Below are positions 1-8,460 of a stretch of 9,634 nt of DNA, one piece after another (the stretch's first letter is position 1; each line of letters starts with the position of its first letter). The DNA is taken from assembly GCA_030704615.1 (NCBI GenBank), contig JAKLZA010000338.1, positions 1 to 9,634 on the forward strand. Direction: 5' to 3'. Position numbers and translations under genes: made by a program. The notes under the pieces are model-generated. The model did no database searches. It saw only the letters and a program-made list of their open reading frames with translations, and had not been told where the DNA came from. The stretch comes from Takakia lepidozioides (lineage: Eukaryota > Plantae > Bryophyta).

Positions 1-2
1 TC

Positions 3-884
3 GGTGCTCCAGCTGAGGTACTCACGGACCAAGGGAGAGAGTTCTTGGGGAGTTTCAGGCTTTGTGTGACAAGGCCTTGATAGACCACCGCACCACTTCT
101 CGGGATCATCCTGAGGCCGATGGCTTGGCAGAGAGAGTTGTTCAAACAGTAAAGAGGGGTTTGCGCAAGTATGGCTTGCAGAAGGGACACTAGGAGATTG
201 GGACCTTCAGTTACCCTGGTTAGTCATGGGCTACAGGTTCAGCAAGCAAGCATCACTTGCCTCCTTCTCACCATACTTTCTTCTCTTTGGCCGAGAGCCG
301 GATTTGCCTACATCCATTCGCAGAGAAGCTGCTACAGTTCTTAACCTTGATGATCCGGACGTGTGGGCACGTGCATGTGAGCAGCGTGCAGAGTTGTTCA
401 AGAGAGTCATGCCCATGGCTTTCAAAAACCTTGCCATTGCACAACACCGTGATACGTTGAGGTATGCTACCATACGTGGTGGGGGCTATCGTCCTGGGGT
501 TCGGAGATTCAACCCTGGTGACTATGTCTATCTGCAGCAGACTGCTCCTACGACCCTGGATGTGACTGCAGGACGTGTTATTTGAGGGTTCGAGAGGTCT
601 TGCCCTCAGGCGTCTTGGTCTTGGAGGGTCGGGATGGCATCACTTGGAAGGACCATGTGCGTAATTGTGCGTCATGTCACCTTCCGAATGTCAATGGCAG
701 GATTGACCCAAACCTAGCAGTGGTATCTGCAGGTTTGAGGTGCATGTTGTGTGGGTCTGCTAAAGGGGCAGCCACCATGCTGGTGTGCGATCGATGCTCT
801 AGAGGTTGGCATATGGGATGCTTGACTCCACCTCTTGAGATGGTTCCAGATGGGGATTGGTTATGTCCACATTGCATTGGATAG
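3..884 (+). pseudogene. Gypsy pol C-terminus: integrase core (second D and E), SH3-like C-terminal region and PHD finger; three single-base frameshifts as assembled
   Basis: Frame 3 GAPAEVLTDQGREFLG -> frame 2 EFQALCDKALIDHRTTSRDHPEADGLAERVVQTVKRGLRKY -> frame 1 DWDLQLPWLVMGYRFSKQASLASFSPYFLLFGREP...FNPGDYVYLQ -> frame 3 LRVREVLPSG...PHD, stop at 882-884. TDQGREF, HPxxDGxxER and SPYFLLFGREP are classic rve motifs. Shifts near 47-50 (G run), 185-190 and 580-583 (T run). Confidence 0.92.
741..875 (+). other. PHD finger (C4HC3) at the integrase C-terminus
   Basis: CMLC-GSAKGAATMLVCDRC-SRGWHMGC-LTPPLEMVPDGDWLCPHC matches PHD spacing, including the typical MLxCDxC, (W/F)HxxCLxPPL and PxGxWxCPxC elements. 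Confidence 0.95.
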
Positions 885-1132
885 TGGGAGTGGATACAAC
901 CATGGAAGGCTAACAAGAAACGCAAGGCCCAGCTACTAGGAGACCTTGAACACACGAGATCCTGGCTCAAGTTCACAGATTGCAAGACGGCGACTAACGA
1001 TGGGGCTACTCTTGTACCCGGCCCCTTGGTCTATAGAGTTTGAGTACAATAGGGACAGTGATAGAGGACTTAGTACGGCTGTGGCTATTACATCTTGTAG
1101 CTATCTGGAGTAGAGGGACCTATCCACCAGCT

Positions 1133-1143
1133 AGGGGGGCGAT
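1133..1143 (+). promoter_or_regulatory. Polypurine tract (plus-strand primer)
   Basis: AGGGGGGCGAT immediately 5' of the TGT that opens the LTR, about 250 bp after the pol stop. Confidence 0.8.
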
Positions 1144-1670
1144 TGTGACAGACTACTTTATTGTGCATATATGTGTGGTGTGGTTTGGATAGCGATGTAG
1201 TTGTGTAGCGATATGTATGCGCACGACAGCTGTCAAGTTAAATAAGCACAGTGTGAAAACAGCTAGAATAAAACTAGTTATTTGTATTTAACACTTGGAT
1301 TTAGGTCAAGTGTTAAATCAGGTGTCAAGTTTAGTTTGACACCTGGTCCGTCTTATCTTCACGAGGGCGGCAGTCGCGCAGTTCATCTCTCTCGAGTTGA
1401 GCCTGCGCGACCAAACTCCTGCATGCGTTTAGATTTGAGTGTGCTTATGTAGGGTACAGGTTGTTGTGGGTGGAGTCCCATAGCTTGGGGTGCCCCTGGC
1501 TCGACTTATGTTTTCAAAGAGTGATGTTGATGGATAACCTGTTTCTTGTGTTGAGAGTGTGTGTCCTTTCAAGCTTTCTTATCATTGTGGCAGACTACTT
1601 TATTATGCATATATGTGTGGTGTGGTTTGGACAACGATGTAGTTGTGTAGCGATATGTATGCGCACGACA
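1144..1670 (+). repeat. 3' LTR (about 527 bp) with 85-bp direct repeats at both termini
   Basis: Starts TGTGACAG after the PPT and ends GCACGACA. 1144-1228 and 1586-1670 match at 81 of 85 positions. The right boundary is inferred because the 5' LTR is outside the window. Confidence 0.7.
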
Positions 1671-1986
1671 CTAGTTTGGAGTGACTTTGACATGATACTG
1701 CCGATGTGACAACAGAAGTAATTCAGACAAGTATAGAGACGAGGACAAGCTGTGGAATGAATACTTTTCAGGACCCGCATCATGGTGGGACAATCGAGGC
1801 AAGAAGGTGAATGCTGTGTTGGATATAGAGAGTAGCAGATGCAATTGAGCATATGAACTAGTGTGATAGTTGAGTTGGGTGTTTCCTAGAACAAATCTAG
1901 GCTGTCATCATCAGCTGCTAGCAACAAGGCAAGGATGTATGCTTGATTTGTGCAGAGGCATGGATAGCTGAAGGAGGTTTGCTATT

Positions 1987-2198
1987 TCATGAGCATGAGC
2001 GGCATGAGCGGCATGAGCAGAGTAGTAACACAATCGTTTTCATGAGCAGAAGTACAAATTTCGAAAAAAAAAAAAAACAATAAAAAACATAATTTAAATG
2101 CAATGTGCCAGGAAAAACAAATATATTATTCGGCCCCCTTGAAGGAAAATTGCACTTTTGACAGTTGTGCTCATGATATTTCGTCTTCCGCTCATGCC
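1987..2198. repeat. CATGAGC(GG) micro-repeats with inverted copies around an A-rich spacer
   Basis: CATGAGC at 1988, 1994, 2003, 2012 and 2041; reverse-complement GCTCATG at 2169 and 2190. GGCATGAGCGG (2001-2011) is the exact reverse complement of CCGCTCATGCC (2188-2198). Confidence 0.65.
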
Positions 2199-2216
2199 AT
2201 TCCCAGCGACATGTGC

Positions 2217-2335
2217 AAATATGGCGCCGAATTTCGCGGTAATAGGGTCCGTAACCTGAAAAAACGGCGACGTATTTCGCGGCAATAGGTCTCTCTGGCG
2301 AAAAATGGTGCCGAATTCCGCGGCTATAAGTCCCC
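2217..2335. repeat. Three degenerate units of about 42 bp, AAAATGGCGCCGAATTTCGCGG(C/T)AATAGG, inverted relative to the adjacent 73-bp array
   Basis: Copies near 2218, 2260 and 2302; the core is the reverse complement of GAAATTCGGCGCCATTTT. Confidence 0.75.
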
Positions 2336-2344
2336 TCATGACAG

Positions 2345-2793
2345 GTAATTCGGCGCCATTTTTCCAGTGCATGTTCGGACTTAGCCAGTTTTCGGCGCAA
2401 AATAGGGAAATTCGACGCCATTTTTCCAGACACTGTACCATGCATGTTGGACTTAGCCAGTTTCGGCCCAAAAAAGGAAATTCGGCGCCATTTTCCAACA
2501 CGGTACCAGTGCATGTTGGGACTTAGCCAGTTTTCGGCCCCAAAAAGAGAAATTCGGCGCCATTTTCCCAAACACAGGTACATGCATTTTGGGACTTAGC
2601 GAGTTTTCGGCCCCAAAAAGAGAAATTCGGCGCCATTTTCCAGACACGGTACCAATGCATGTTGGGACTTAGCCAGTTTTCGGCCCCAAAAAGAGAAATT
2701 CGGCGCCATTTTCCCAAACACAGGTACCAGTGCATGTTGGGACTTAGCGAGTTTTCGGCCCCAAAAAGAGAAATTCGGCGCCATTTTTCCAGA
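2345..2793. repeat. Tandem array, unit about 73 bp, about 6 copies (left arm)
   Basis: ACTTAGC anchors at 2379, 2451, 2521, 2594, 2667 and 2742. Consensus is roughly GGGACTTAGCCAGTTTTCGGCCCCAAAAAGAGAAATTCGGCGCCATTTTCCCAAACACAGGTACCAGTGCATGTT. Confidence 0.95.
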
Positions 2794-2949
2794 AATGGCC
2801 CCACAACTGCTTCTGTTGGATCTCAGTTTGAATGGAATATTGCCTCATTCCAGGAGTTTTGGGGTGCATTTCATTACACTGCAAAAAAAAAGTCTGATAC
2901 AGCAAAAATGCATTTGAAAATATCCATATGGAGGATTCCGTTTGCCCCA

Positions 2950-5900
2950 TCAATGATTTCTGGAATCCCTAAGGAGGAGTTTGTGCAGCTCGTTCACGCT
3001 CAACGCCGGTGCATGAATAAAGTCATCAATAGTCACGTTCATCCTCAACCTCTTCAGGTAAATGTAATACAGATGCTTGCACGGATAATACTTCGAACCC
3101 TTCTTTGCTTCCATCAACGAGAAGTCCGTACAGTTGCAAGTCGGCTCCACTCCAATCGTAATTGTGTATACATCGTCGCGTACAGCCGAGCCGGCCGTTG
3201 CCATCCGATACACACGCCCAAGGCCGGGTGGGGGTACGTCCACGGAGCTCTGAATAGTGCAAGCCATCCCAAGAGCATTGGCAATCCGAGTCTCATTCAA
3301 CTTGTTGGGAGGGTGTCGTCTCTTCACTCTTCCGAATCGCATTGTGGGATGTGCAGAATTGTCCAATCCGTCTCTACTGGACCGAGCAGTCTGCAATGGC
3401 TGGGTCTGAGGAACCGGAAATGCGTGGGCCGGGATGTCTGTGCGTTGCACCATTCGAAATCCTGCTGCAGATAGAGCATCCGCCTCATTCTGAGAGAGGC
3501 TGCAACCCGGTGCAACAGGCCAGACGCCCGGAGGCTCCGGCATTCCCTGAATCCCGTACTTGGGCTTGCCAAATACACAGGTCATTATGTCGTGCCTACA
3601 GAACCAAAATGTCTGCGTTGTGGCGTGAGCAAATGTGGGAGTCAAAAATCTGCCGCTGAAACAAGGTGCAGGTACAGCACCGTGTGGGTTCCTCCGAATC
3701 ATCTCACCACAGCGTGCTCTCGTATCCACCCGGATGGCGCAACACTTCCCTCGAAATGCCGGCAATGTCCTCGCAATTCTCCACTGTGACTCCGACACTC
3801 TTGTCTCCACAATGGGAATGTTGTATTGCTTTACTACAGATGGCTCGTTATGTTGCCGGGGCACGCGCCCTGTGCTCAAAGGAGATGGCGATCTTGAACG
3901 TGCAGGACTTCCGGTGCTCGACGAGACCTCCTCGGACAACATCACCGGACCACGAGGGAGCGTGCGAATATTCTTGTCAGCTCGCCATGAATCCTCTTCT
4001 CCGCCAGGTGCCTCGTCAAGTCTTCGTCTCACTGGACGGGTATGAACATCTCCTTCCAAATGTTGGCCTCTTCGCAGCAATGGCGTGTCCCGAAGGCCCT
4101 CTCGCAAGGCCGCCGCCCACTTCCGAGGATTCTTCGATCTGGAGGCAGTCCGCATCAGCATTTCCTGCCTGTCCGGCCCCAAGCCCCACTGTTTCCCTTT
4201 CAAGAACTCGTTGTACCTGCATTGCTGCATAATTGACCTCACAATGTCCTCCGTTGTGGCAGTGAGGATGTCCACCAGATGCGCCGCAGAGGAGGCACGC
4301 CAGGAAGAGTGCACTGATTCGGCCATGTTTGTCGTGGGCATGTCGGTGTCGGAGTCGAGACACATTTCCTGCACAAGCACATGTTGAGGTTACAAGCAAG
4401 TTACAAATATGGCCAAGAATAATATCCAACGGGACGCGAATTCGTGCAACTCACCTCCCGCATATAGTCGCCGAACTGGAGGAAACGATAATGCCACCAT
4501 GCTAGCCAACTGACCATTGCTCCTTCGTCTGATTTCCTTACAGCACCTGACGATGTCCACCAAGCCCGTATGCATGCAAACTGTGTCTCTGCATCATCCA
4601 AGGTGGGAGCGCGCTTCCACGCAAGGCACATGGAACGGTGCTCCTCTCTGAAATCTGGCGCCACGAGCCTGGTTGTGTACTGCGAAAGGCTCTGCAGAAA
4701 ATGGAACCCACAAGATCTCTCCTTGCCTTCCATGGGAACATTGGGGTCTTGCCCGTACACCCTTCGGATGGCAGCCCAATTTGCTTGTGCGTTGTCCGCC
4801 ATGAAACCACGGAAATTGGGAGGGGGCAATCCCGCCTTGGCCATCTGTTCGTTTATTCCCTGCCAAAGAAGCATCTCCGATTGTGTGTCCTCTCCTTTCA
4901 TCTCACAAATAGCAATTGTCATTAGCATCCTGCAGTGGGTGTCGTAGACATGTGCACCCATTGTCACCCACTGGTGATTTGTAATTCGCTTGATATGGTC
5001 GAACATGACCCAACTGTTTGACAAGTTCCCACTCGTCATCCTGTCGACCAGTTCGACGCCACTGCCAGGTCCACACGTGGACATTTTGAATACGAAACAA
5101 CGATCTGCCTCAGTCCCTTGTCCTGGAAACCTACTTCCATGAATGTAGTCATATCCACATCGTCGCTTCACCTCCAGAATGGAGTGCATATCCGAGCCAC
5201 GCCCAATTTTCTGTTTGCATGAGACAATGTGGTTTCGGACATTCGGTGAACATACGTGGGACACCGACTCCAGCAATGCCTCCATTTCCTTCTCGTCGAG
5301 AGGAACTCTATCGGAGCCGTCTTCCGACATAATTCTGGCCAATGCCATCTTATGGGCGGCTTGGAGCTGTATCTGTTTGGGTTTGGCACCCGGTCTCAAC
5401 TTAACCTCCTCCTGAACGAGCTGCTCTGCTTCGTGGGCAGCCTCCCGCGAGTTCCCCCTCGCCAATTTGTGACAATGGGAACCAACGTGTATGCAAGCTC
5501 GGGTGAGGTCAGGGAAACGGTGCAACACATAGAACTGCTTGGCATTACAAACAGACATGCAGTGTGGTGGTTCTTTGCAATGCGCACACTTAAATGTGGA
5601 GTTCGGAACCTTCTCCTGAGCTCGAAATGGTTGGTGAGCTGTGCCTGTCCAATCGGTCTCGTTCCTGTGACCTCTGGATTTAAAGTGGAAGCAAGTTGGG
5701 GAGAAACACCGCAACGCGCCCGCACAAACAACGTAGCGCACCCGCACACCATCAAGCATCTTCATGCTGGTGGTTTTGGTAACGCACCAAGGATGACCGT
5801 CATGTTTTCTATCCATATCTGTCAACATTCCGGACGCCCTCGAGTAGTCCGCCCGAGGAGGGAACTCAAAGAAGATATTACCGTCGACGTCGGCGGGAAG

Positions 5901-6543
5901 GCATGTACCGATTTAATTGCGAACTTGCTGTAGTCCAGCCCGGCCAGCTCCGACCGGTGTCCCTCCAGGTGAAGCCCTCGCAGAATTTCTAGAATAGATC
6001 GAACTGCGGTGCTCGTGCTGGGAATATGACTCCCTCCTCCACTGACGTCCATTGAGGACTTGCCTGATCTCCAGGACGACCTCGGAACTTCCATGACCTC
6101 GTCTGAGTCGGACAGGTTGTGACAACCACGGTTCTCGGTCGTCTTCATGGATGGGTTCGGCTCTGGATTTACTTCGTTGCGGACTTCTCTCTTTGAGGTA
6201 CCCACTCTCTGATTCGCGGATTGTTTCGTGGAAGGCGCCAGGATAGACGGTGCATTTGGCGGGCAAATGAAGTCCCCAACAGCCCTGTATATGACGCTGT
6301 CCGATGGTGGAACTCGCCATTCCCTCTGCCATCGCCGAAATCATCGTGGAGCACAACAATACTCTCGACAACAAGGCCGTTTGAGTCCTTCCTTTCCTCC
6401 TCCAAAAAAACCGACCCCGGTTTCAGGTGGTATCGAACGCACAGATATTTCTCCATCACCCGGCAGGTGTCCCCTCTGCACGGAAATGAAGCTCTATGCT
6501 CGTGAGGAGGGCAGTACACTGTAGCGCTCGGGTTTTCCGCCAT
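2950..6543 (-). CDS. MULE-family DDE transposase with GCM-like N-terminal domain and C-terminal SWIM finger; exons 6543-4455 and 4368-2950; two single-base frameshifts (near 6310 and 5886) as assembled; about 1170 aa
   Basis: Catalytic motifs WVMFDH (D at 5000-4998), FRGFMADNAQAN (D at 4796-4794), SCGFH (CxxH, 4712-4701) and TTNMAESVH (E at 4320-4318); SWIM CNC...CKH (3138-3073). ATG in CCCATGG context at 6543 (MAENP...). Repaired junctions read NGEF(P)PSDSVIYRAVGD and HAFPPT(F/Y)DGNIFFEFPP. Exon 1 is 2089 nt, and 2089+2 is a multiple of 3. The start codon and N-terminal reconstruction are less certain than the core. Confidence 0.85.
3060..3175 (-). other. SWIM zinc finger at the extreme C-terminus
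   Basis: VYTITIGVEPTCNCTDFSLMEAKKGSKYYPCKHLYYIY fits CxC-x(n)-CxH with the preceding beta-strand. Confidence 0.9.
4369..4454 (-). other. Spliceosomal GT-AG intron (86 bp, phase 0) in the transposase gene
   Basis: Donor GAG|GTGAGT at 4454, acceptor CTTGTGCAG|GAA at 4369, with GTAAC branch-like motifs and lower GC. Splicing joins ...FGDYMRE|EMCLDSDTDMPTTNMAES in frame and brings the catalytic E onto the DD-containing exon's product. Confidence 0.88.
5469..5810 (-). other. GCM-like (WRKY-GCM1 superfamily) zinc DNA-binding domain
   Basis: DGHPWCVTKT...VVCAGALRCFSPTC...FKCAHCKEPPHCMSVC...CIHVGSHCH resembles the GCM pattern (GW..T, CxGxxxC, inserted CxxC Zn ribbon, terminal GxHxH). Recognised by eye only. 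Confidence 0.7.
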
Positions 6544-6852
6544 GGGAGATGTGCACACAAGACTGCCAGGATGGCGTGCGGGGAAGCTCCCTGGTAGAAG
6601 GGGGTGCAGCGATGGGAATGAATGCGATGCCGATTTGTCCGAGCGACGAAGCCTGATCCAAATCCAGGGAGCCAACTATCTCAAAAATCCACAGTCAGAG
6701 TGTTAATGAACCTTGTCTCCGGAATGCGGCCCCTCGTCTTTGCGCAATAACTGCCAACGGTATGCAGTCAGAAAGTGGGGGGCCGTCCGGATGATGACGG
6801 CTGAAGGGGAGAAGCCGGCACCGTGCCGCACATTACTACATTACTACCCCCA

Positions 6853-7500
6853 ATGGAATTCGGCACCCAATATCCAACAGAGGAAGCCCGGATGAAGTCG
6901 CCTCGGGCGCAGAGGCCGAGTGTGTGCGACAGAGAACATCCCCTGGATGGAGATTCGGCGCCGAATTTCCATCCGGGCCCCCCAAAGGGAGTCGTGTCGG
7001 GGGGTCAGGCCGAAAACTGGACGGCATAAAACATCCCCAGATGGAAAAACGGCGCCGAATTTCCATCCGGGGCGGTTCGGATGCAGTCGGGGAGGGGGGA
7101 GTGGCCTACACTTGGCCGTCACATTTCAACCCCCGGACGGAAATTCGGCACTGAATATCGAACAGGGGACGCCCGGATGAAGTCGCCTCGGGCGCAGAGG
7201 CCGGCGAGTGTGCGACAGAGACATCCCCTGGATGGAGATTCGGCGCCGAATTTCCATCCGGGCCCCCCAAAGGAAGTCTTGTCGGGGGGTCAGACCGAAA
7301 ACTGGCCGACATAAAAACCTCCCCAGATGGGAAAACGGCGCCGAATTTCAATCGGGGCCGTTCCAATGCAGTCGGGGAGAAGGGAGAGGTCGGCACCTCC
7401 ACGGCCGTCATATTTCAACCCCCGGGACGGAAATTCGGCACCGAATATCCAACAGAGCGGCGGAGAGGCGGCACCTCTCCGACAGAGACCATCCCCCGGA
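6853..7500. repeat. Direct repeat, unit about 285 bp, about 2.3 copies, three core motifs per unit
   Basis: GGATGAAGTCGCCTCGGGCGCAGAGGCCG at 6890 and 7175. Unit starts (AATTCGGCAC..AATATC.AACAG) near 6857, 7142 and 7432. Confidence 0.93.
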
Positions 7501-8010
7501 TGGATTGAGATTCGGCGCCGAATTTCCATCCAGCAGGTAAGTGGAATCCCGGATGGATGGAGATTCGGCGCCGAATTTCCATCCAGCAGGTAGTGGAATC
7601 CGGATGATGGAGATTCGGCGCCGAATTTCCATCCAGCAGGTAAGTGGAATCCGGATGGATGGAGATTCGGCGCCGAATTTCCATCCTGCAGGTAAGTGGA
7701 TCCCGGATGGATGGAGATTCGGCGCCGAATTTCCATCCTGCATGGTAAGTGGAATCCCGGATGGATGGAGATTCGGCGCCGAATTTCCATCCTGCAGGTA
7801 AGTGGAATCCCGGATGGATGGAGATTCGGCGCCGAATTTCCATCCTGCAGGTAAGTGGAATCCCGGATGGATGGAGATTCGGCGCCGAATTTCCATCCTG
7901 CAGGTAAGTGGAATCTCGGATGATGGAAATTCGGCGCCGAATTTCCATCCAGCAGGTAAGTGGAATCGGTGGCGTATGGATATTCGGCGCCGATTTCCAT
8001 TCGCCATGTA
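7497..8010. repeat. Tandem array, unit about 53 bp, about 10 copies, each with a near-perfect 30-bp palindrome
   Basis: Unit GGATGGATGGAGATTCGGCGCCGAATTTCCATCC(T/A)GCAGGTAAGTGGAATCCC; core anchors at 7508, 7561, 7611, 7663, 7715, 7769, 7822, 7875, 7927 and about 7980. Confidence 0.97.
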
Positions 8011-8022
8011 TTTCATCGCTCA

Positions 8023-8231
8023 GAATTACCTTCCTGCAGGTAATTCCCAGATGAAATTACCTTCGTGCAGGTAATTTACAATGAGATTACCTTCCTGCAG
8101 GTAATTCCATCGATGCCGGTAGGATGTTAATTCCTCGTCCAGAATTACCTGCACGAAGGTAATTCTGATCGACGAATTACCTGCAGGAAGGTATTCTCAT
8201 CATCTGGGAATTACCTGCACGAAGGTAATTC
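8023..8231. repeat. Centre of fold-back: three AATTACCTTC(C/G)TGCAGGTAATT units facing three reverse-complement copies
   Basis: Left copies at 8023, 8054 and 8085; right copies AATTACCTGCA(C/G)GAAGGTAATT at 8142, 8174 and 8208; unique loop at about 8108-8141. Confidence 0.9.
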
Positions 8232-8242
8232 CTCGCTCAGAA

Positions 8243-8460
8243 TACTTGGCGAATGGAAATTCGGCGCCGAATATCCATACGGCACCGATCCGACTTACCT
8301 GCTGGATGGAAATCAGCGCCGAATTTCCATTCATCCGGGATTCGATTACCTGCAGGATGGAAATTCGGCGCCGAATTTCCATTTATCCGGGATTCCACTT
8401 ACCTGCAGGATGGAAATTCGGCGTCGAATTTCCATTCATCCGGTATTCGAATTACCTGCA
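8243..8460. repeat. Inverted copy of the distal 53-bp array (about 4 units)
   Basis: TGGCGAATGGAAATTCGGCGCCGAATATCCATACGGCACCGATCCGACTTACCTGCTGGATGGAAAT (8247-8313) is the near-exact reverse complement of 7941-8006. GGGATTCCACTTACCTGCAGGATGGAAATTCGG (from 8389) is the reverse complement of the 53-bp unit. Confidence 0.92.

Larger units (their letters stand above)
1..1670 (+). mobile_element. 3' part of a Ty3/Gypsy LTR retrotransposon (integrase-PHD, PPT, 3' LTR); continues upstream of the window
   Basis: The integrase is the last pol domain before the PPT and LTR (Gypsy order). PPT AGGGGGGCGAT at 1133-1143 is followed directly by TGT at 1144, and the LTR candidate ends ...CACGACA at 1670. 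Confidence 0.9.

Noticed and set aside
582-884. Independent host PHD-finger gene
   Set aside because: No ATG start; it continues the integrase SH3-like region across a 1-bp shift and lies upstream of the PPT and LTR.
1461-1852. Short ORFs in the LTR and flank
   Set aside because: They overlap LTR repeat sequence and show no motifs or coding signature.
1987-2804. ORFs with KWRRISLFGAENWLSP repeats
   Set aside because: Artefacts of the 73-bp tandem array; unit lengths mostly do not preserve frame.
2950-5828. Two separate genes, or a bacterial IS256 element
   Set aside because: A canonical GT-AG intron joins the DD/CxxH part to the catalytic E in frame, and the GCM-like and SWIM domains fit a eukaryotic MULE.
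2659-6524. Plus-strand ORFs overlapping the transposase (e.g. 2659-3474, 3666-4232, 5256-5933)
   Set aside because: Antisense shadows of a GC-rich coding strand, with no recognisable motifs.
7497-8010. CRISPR-like array (palindromic repeats of about 30 bp at regular spacing)
   Set aside because: The intervening sequences are near-identical rather than unique spacers, there are no cas genes, and the context is eukaryotic (spliceosomal intron, Gypsy element).
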